DNA of 64,000 bases from Gemmatimonadaceae bacterium (GTDB lineage Bacteria > Gemmatimonadota > Gemmatimonadetes > Gemmatimonadales > Gemmatimonadaceae), in the NCBI GenBank assembly GCA_044224875.1, contig JBGAJQ010000006.1, positions 1 through 64,000 of the forward strand, given 5' to 3'. Positions 59,260 to 64,000 of this stretch are shown piece after piece. Below the pieces are notes generated by a model, which saw only the letters and a list, made by a program, of their open reading frames with translations, had not been told where the DNA came from and searched no databases. The position numbers and the translations under genes are program-made. Positions within the stretch are counted from its first letter, which is position 1. Each line of letters begins with the position of its first letter.

Positions 59260-59520
59260 ATGGATCCGATTGTCGACACGCTGCGGACGTACATCCACGA
59301 GGAGTTTGTCCCAGACATGAACATCGAGGAGCTGACGGCAACGACGCCGTTGATGCAGAGCGGGATCCTCGATTCGCTGGCGGCGATCGCGCTGGGCCAG
59401 TTCATCGAAGAGAAATTCCACGTCACGATCGACCCGCACGAAGTGAACGCGGACAACTTCGGCACGCTGGAGCAGGTCGCGACCTTCATTCGCACGAAGC
59501 AAAGTCAGGCGGCGGCATAG
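59260..59520 (+). CDS. Acyl/aminoacyl carrier protein (DltC-like)
   Basis: 86 aa, acidic; GILDSL phosphopantetheine Ser motif; IEEKF.V.I...E....NF. Confidence 0.88.
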   Translation: MDPIVDTLRTYIHEEFVPDMNIEELTATTPLMQSGILDSLAAIALGQFIEEKFHVTIDPHEVNADNFGTLEQVATFIRTKQSQAAA

Positions 59521-59528
59521 GCACCTGA

Positions 59529-62123
59529 ATGACCGAGCGGGCAGCAGGAGCTCCGCGTCCCACGGCGCCTGAGTGGCGAGCGCCGGGGGCGACGGAAAAG
59601 GTCGAGCAATCCGGGCAGAGCACGTGGCTGGCGCTTCCCGCGACACGCACCGAAGGGTGGCGTTTCGCGGGACTCGTCGCTCAGGTGGCGTTTCTGGTCG
59701 TGATTTGCCGCGGATTCAACATCGAGAACGCGGCCTACACCGGGCGTCTCCTACCGTTGATCCTGGCGGGTTTTGTGGTCAACGCGTTGTTGGCGCCACG
59801 ATTTCGGATGGCGTTCTTTGGCGCCCTGTCCGTCGCGTCGATTCCGTTGATTTTCGGCGTGGTTGGTGGCGCGTGGATGGTCGGCATCAGCCTGGCGCTC
59901 ATTGCGATCTGCTACCTGCCCATGAGTTGGAACTGGCGGGCGGGGCTGATGGTGCTGGCGGCCGGGCTGCTGGCCGTGCTGCGTACCGGGGCCGTGGTTC
60001 CTCCCTGGCCCACGTCGATCTGGCCGGTGCTGGGCTCGATGTTCATGTTCCGCATGATCATCTACCTGTATGACGCCAAGCACATGGGTCGTCAGGGGCT
60101 GACCGAGACCTTGTCGTATTTCTTCGTGCTGCCGAACGTGGTGTTTCCATTCTTTCCGGTGGTTGACTATCACACGTTCAAGCGATCGCACTACGCATCA
60201 CCGGCGTACGACACCTACCAGAAGGGCGTCCATTGGATGTTGCGCGGGATCACCCACCTGGTGATCTACCGTCTGGTCTACCAATACCTGATCATCTCCC
60301 CGGTTGAGATCCAGCACACCACCGACATCCTGCGTTTCGTGGTGGCGAATTTCATGTTGTATCTGCGGGTGAGTGGCATTTTCCACATGGTGTGCGGTGT
60401 GTTCTACCTCTTCGGCTTCCACATGCCGGAGACGCACCGGTTCTACTTCCTGCCCGCCAGCTTCACCGATATCTGGCGCCGTATCAACATCTACTGGAAG
60501 GATTTCCTCCAGAAGACGGTGTACATGCCGGTCTTCTTCCGGTCGCGCCGCAAGTTGGGAGAGACCAAGGCGCTCATGCTGGCGACCGCCTTGGTGATCG
60601 TGGCCACGTGGTTCTACCATTCATACCAGTGGTTTTGGCTGTTGGGGCACGGTCTCTGGAGCGTGACGGATGCGCTGTTCTGGGTAATCCTGGGCATCGC
60701 GCTGGTGATCAACGTCGTCCTGGAATCACGGAAGGGCCGTACGCGCGTGGTGGGCGGCTTGCAGGCGCCGACGCACGCGCAAGCCATGCGCACGGCCATT
60801 CGCACCACGATCATCATGATCCCCCTGGCGGTGCTCTGGGCCTTGTGGACCAGTCCTACCGTGGCGGGATTCTCCAAGATTTTTTCGGCGGTCACATTCC
60901 GCCCTGTCGACCTCGTGGCAGTGATCGTCCTGTTCGGAGGCGTGCTGGCGCTGGCCTACGGGGCACAACGGCTGTCGTTAGGTGTGCAGGGGATTGGGGA
61001 AACGCGGAAGGGATGGTGGGCAAATCCCCTGGTCACCTCCGGCCTGCCATTGGCGATCGCGTGGGGAGCTGGGCTTCCGGGGATCTCGGACAAGCTCCCG
61101 ACCATGGTCGCTGGGCCGCTGCGCGAGATGCGCGTCACGGAATTGAGCCGGCGCGATACGCAGACGTTGGAACGTGGGTATTACGAAAACCTTGTTGGCG
61201 TCTCACGCTTCAATGCTGAGCTGTGGGAAGTGTACAGCCGGCAGTCGCAATCGGACTGGCGACGGCTGGACGAGGTGGGCGTCGAGCGCCGATTCGACGA
61301 CCCGATCCACGCCGAGTTGCGGCCGAACCAGGGTGTCGTGTTCCATGGCGCGTCCCTGCGGACGAATCGGTGGGGAATGCGGGACCAGGATTACGACAAG
61401 GCCAAGGCGCCGGGGACGTATCGGATTGCCATGCTGGGGCCGTCGCACGCGATGGGGAGCGGCGTTGCCGATGACGAGACGTTCGAGTCGTTGCTCGAAT
61501 CGCGACTGAACCGCGAGCGGGCAGGGAATCCAGCGGCACATTACGACATCCTGAACTTCGCCGTCGAAGGATCACGCGTGTGGGAGTTTCAGCCGGACGC
61601 CATCCTGCTCGTGGCGCATCCAGTCGAGTATTTCTTCATCGCCCGGTATCTGGTGCAGGAGTACGAGCGCCGCGCCGAGCCGGAAGACTCCTCGATGCGA
61701 GCCCTGGCGCAACAGGCCGGTGTGACGAAGGGAATGACGGACGATCAGGTGCAGAAGCTGATCAAGCCGTTGGCGGATCCCTTGATCGCCCATGAGATGC
61801 AGCTGATCGTTGACCTGTGTGCGGTGCACCGGGTGCGCTGCCTGTTTTCCCTCGTGCCCACACCCACGTGGCCAAACTCGCGGGCCGCGGGTCCGGGGAT
61901 GGCCAAGGCGGCCGCGGCCAGTGGATTCCAGGTGCTGAACATTGACTCGGTATTCGAAGGCGGGGATTCTCGCGTCCTCACGGTTGCGCCTTGGGACTAC
62001 CATCCGAATGCCAAGGCACACGCCATGATTGCCGATCGCCTGTTCGACGCGATCACCAGCCAGCCCGACCTGTTGACGCCTCTCGCCGCCACGCCGGCGA
62101 CGCCGACAGCTCCAACGAAATGA
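59529..62123 (+). CDS. MBOAT (AlgI/DltB-like) acyltransferase fused to a C-terminal SGNH-like domain
   Basis: Polytopic N-terminus with SG......G...FGF.MPE, ASFTDIWRRINIYWKDF, WFYH; soluble C-terminus with TNRWGMRD, LGPSHAMG, NFAV.G, PD, WDYHPN. Confidence 0.8.
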   Translation: MTERAAGAPRPTAPEWRAPGATEKVEQSGQSTWLALPATRTEGWRFAGLVAQVAFLVVICRGFNIENAAYTGRLLPLILAGFVVNALLAPRFRMAFFGALSVASIPLIFGVVGGAWMVGISLALIAICYLPMSWNWRAGLMVLAAGLLAVLRTGAVVPPWPTSIWPVLGSMFMFRMIIYLYDAKHMGRQGLTETLSYFFVLPNVVFPFFPVVDYHTFKRSHYASPAYDTYQKGVHWMLRGITHLVIYRLVYQYLIISPVEIQHTTDILRFVVANFMLYLRVSGIFHMVCGVFYLFGFHMPETHRFYFLPASFTDIWRRINIYWKDFLQKTVYMPVFFRSRRKLGETKALMLATALVIVATWFYHSYQWFWLLGHGLWSVTDALFWVILGIALVINVVLESRKGRTRVVGGLQAPTHAQAMRTAIRTTIIMIPLAVLWALWTSPTVAGFSKIFSAVTFRPVDLVAVIVLFGGVLALAYGAQRLSLGVQGIGETRKGWWANPLVTSGLPLAIAWGAGLPGISDKLPTMVAGPLREMRVTELSRRDTQTLERGYYENLVGVSRFNAELWEVYSRQSQSDWRRLDEVGVERRFDDPIHAELRPNQGVVFHGASLRTNRWGMRDQDYDKAKAPGTYRIAMLGPSHAMGSGVADDETFESLLESRLNRERAGNPAAHYDILNFAVEGSRVWEFQPDAILLVAHPVEYFFIARYLVQEYERRAEPEDSSMRALAQQAGVTKGMTDDQVQKLIKPLADPLIAHEMQLIVDLCAVHRVRCLFSLVPTPTWPNSRAAGPGMAKAAAASGFQVLNIDSVFEGGDSRVLTVAPWDYHPNAKAHAMIADRLFDAITSQPDLLTPLAATPATPTAPTK

Positions 62124-63949
62124 GCGCGCGAGTCGGCTCCGACACCCCCGTCGACCGCGACGGGGCGACGGGGCCTACCCTGTTCGGCTTCGTTGCGGTG
62201 GCGACGATGTGGACGGCGCTCGTGGCTGGGGTTGGGCAGGGGTTGATCACCGCGGTGGACGTCCACCTGCGGCATCGCATCGTGTACGCCAGTCGAGACG
62301 TCTACTGGATGGCCCCGCTGTCGTACCTGATCATGCTCGCCGCCCTATCTGTCACATTACTCGTCGTGGTCGCGCCCATTTCGCGCCGGACGGGACAGCG
62401 AGTCGTGCTTACGACGCTGACCTGGTGCGCCCTCTTCTCCCTGACGCTTCCCTACGGCCACATCGCGCGGTGGGCGTCGGCCGTACTGACGTTAGGCCTG
62501 GCGGTCGCTGTTGGTCGCTGGTTGCTGGACAATCCTGCGAAGGGCGCGCGCCGCAGGCGCGGGCAAGCCATGGCACTCGGTGCGGCGGTGCTGTTGGTTG
62601 GCGCCGGCACCCGCATCGCACGGTCGCGCGACACGGCCCGGGCCGTCGCGGCACTTCCAGCGCCTCCTTCCGGAGCGCCTAACGTCTTACTGATCATATT
62701 GGATACGGTGCGCGCCGCCAGCATGCATCTCTACGGGTTCGAGCGCGAGAACACGCCGGTGCTCGACTCGCTGGCGGCCTCATCGACCGTGTTCGATAAC
62801 GCCATCGCCACGGCCCCGTGGACGCTGCCGTCGCATGCTTCAATGTTCACGGGTCGGTATCCGGCCACGTTACCGGCGAACTACGTCACTCCGCTCGACA
62901 CGCGACACACCACACTGTCTGAGCTGCTGGCATCCCAGGGCTACCTGACCGCCGGCTTCGTCGCAAATCATCACTACACGGGATACGACACGGGACTGGC
63001 GCGCGGATTTGCGCTGTACGAGGACTACAAGGTCTCGTTGACGCAGTTGATACGAACGTCGTGGACCGCCCAGGCGCTGTCGTACTACTTTCCCTCGGCC
63101 TTCGGACTCCATACGACCGCGGCGCAGAGTGACATGGAAAAGACGCTCAGTATTCCTCCAAAGACCTGGGCGGACTTGAAGCGGGGAAGTGAGGTCGTCG
63201 ACGAGTTTCTGCAGTGGGAGACCGAGCGACGAGAGCGTCCGTACTTCGCGTTTCTCAACTTCTACGACGCGCATGACCCGCGTTATGCACCTCCTGACAT
63301 CCGGCGCCAGTTTGTGTCACGGTATCCCAACCGGGACTGGTACGACGCCTCGATCGCCTACATGGATCGGGAGCTCGGACGGTTGTTCGACACGCTTCGG
63401 CGTCAAGGCACCCTCGACCGTACGGTCGTGATTGTTGCTTCAGATCACGGCGAGCTATTCGGCAACCACCGATTATGGGGCCATGCAAACAGCCTGTACC
63501 TCGACGTACTGCGCGTCCCATTGCTGGTGCGGTATCCACCGCGTGTGCGCGCGGGGCTCCGCGTGACCCGGCCCGTTTCGTTGCGCGATCTCACCGCGAC
63601 GATCACGGATCTGGCGTCTGTCCCACGAACACAATGGTTGCCCGGTACATCACTCGTTCCCGTGATGGAAGGAAAGGACAGCGTTGCCCTGAGCCCTGCC
63701 GTATCCTACGCACATCGCACGATCAATCTGCCAACGAAGTTTCCTGCCGCCCGAGGAGACATGTTCAGCGTCATTGACGACTCCCTGCACTACATCAGGA
63801 ACCTGGGAGATGGCGGTCAGGAGCTCTTCAACTGGAAGTCAGACGCCCGTGAGGAGACCGATCACGTGAAGAATCCTGCGTACGCACAGGCCGCGGAGCG
63901 GCTGCGCACCATGACCCACGATTCCCTGGTCGGCGGCACCCGGCGATGA
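62120..63949 (+). CDS. Membrane-anchored sulfatase-like (AlkP superfamily) protein with Thr in place of the FGly motif
   Basis: About 5 N-terminal TM, PNVLLIILDTVRA, APWTLPSHASMFTG, NFYDAHDP, SDHGE, GH...LY; ATG overlaps the upstream TGA. Confidence 0.85.
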   Translation: MSARVGSDTPVDRDGATGPTLFGFVAVATMWTALVAGVGQGLITAVDVHLRHRIVYASRDVYWMAPLSYLIMLAALSVTLLVVVAPISRRTGQRVVLTTLTWCALFSLTLPYGHIARWASAVLTLGLAVAVGRWLLDNPAKGARRRRGQAMALGAAVLLVGAGTRIARSRDTARAVAALPAPPSGAPNVLLIILDTVRAASMHLYGFERENTPVLDSLAASSTVFDNAIATAPWTLPSHASMFTGRYPATLPANYVTPLDTRHTTLSELLASQGYLTAGFVANHHYTGYDTGLARGFALYEDYKVSLTQLIRTSWTAQALSYYFPSAFGLHTTAAQSDMEKTLSIPPKTWADLKRGSEVVDEFLQWETERRERPYFAFLNFYDAHDPRYAPPDIRRQFVSRYPNRDWYDASIAYMDRELGRLFDTLRRQGTLDRTVVIVASDHGELFGNHRLWGHANSLYLDVLRVPLLVRYPPRVRAGLRVTRPVSLRDLTATITDLASVPRTQWLPGTSLVPVMEGKDSVALSPAVSYAHRTINLPTKFPAARGDMFSVIDDSLHYIRNLGDGGQELFNWKSDAREETDHVKNPAYAQAAERLRTMTHDSLVGGTRR

Positions 63950-64000
63950 GCGCAGCACCAGTTCCCGTTCCTAACGATCCGATGCCTGTCGCCAACGCAT
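63946..64000 (+). CDS. Partial CDS continuing the operon off the right edge
   Basis: ATGA overlap with the preceding stop; MSAAPVPVPNDPMPVANA, open to the window end. Confidence 0.45.
   Translation, partial: MSAAPVPVPNDPMPVANA

Noticed and set aside
1451..63976. GTTAGG copies as telomere-like repeats or Chi/KOPS sites
   Set aside because: Copies are dispersed singletons, never tandem, and occur on both strands without strong polarity in this window

Overview
GC-rich (~65%) bacterial chromosomal segment; gene content and style suggest Gemmatimonadota (inference only). No rRNA, tRNA, CRISPR array, prophage or IS is recognisable. The left part (1-22.8 kb) holds secreted peptidases (M61, S9, M24B), a DinB-family protein, an acyl-CoA dehydrogenase, a small glycan cassette (GT4, Wzx, WecB), an OmpR-type two-component pair, metH-yitJ under a SAM-II riboswitch with a terminator-type platform, yggT/yggU and an aldehyde dehydrogenase. 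From ~22.8 kb to the right edge lies a large surface-polysaccharide locus: VanZ-like and GT-C membrane proteins, a flippase, two deacetylases, an epimerase, GT2/GT4, a heparinase II/III-like protein, two AsnB-like amidotransferases, a formyltransferase, an AlgD-like dehydrogenase and an O-antigen-ligase-like protein. The locus also has three modules of special interest. (i) Three tandem paralogous lipoproteins with 3, 3 and 10 Ig-like repeats and a shared beta-helix-like tip; two are preceded by their own c-di-GMP-I riboswitch and one is frameshifted. (ii) A PAPS module: a kinase-first CysC-Sat fusion, a PHP phosphatase and a degenerate CysC. (iii) An ACP plus MBOAT-SGNH fusion with two Thr-nucleophile AlkP/sulfatase-like proteins. 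Separately, the asymmetric motif RCCTAAC(G) is strongly over-represented on both strands across the whole window. All calls come from visual motif recognition; no database searches were run, and motif counts are manual.
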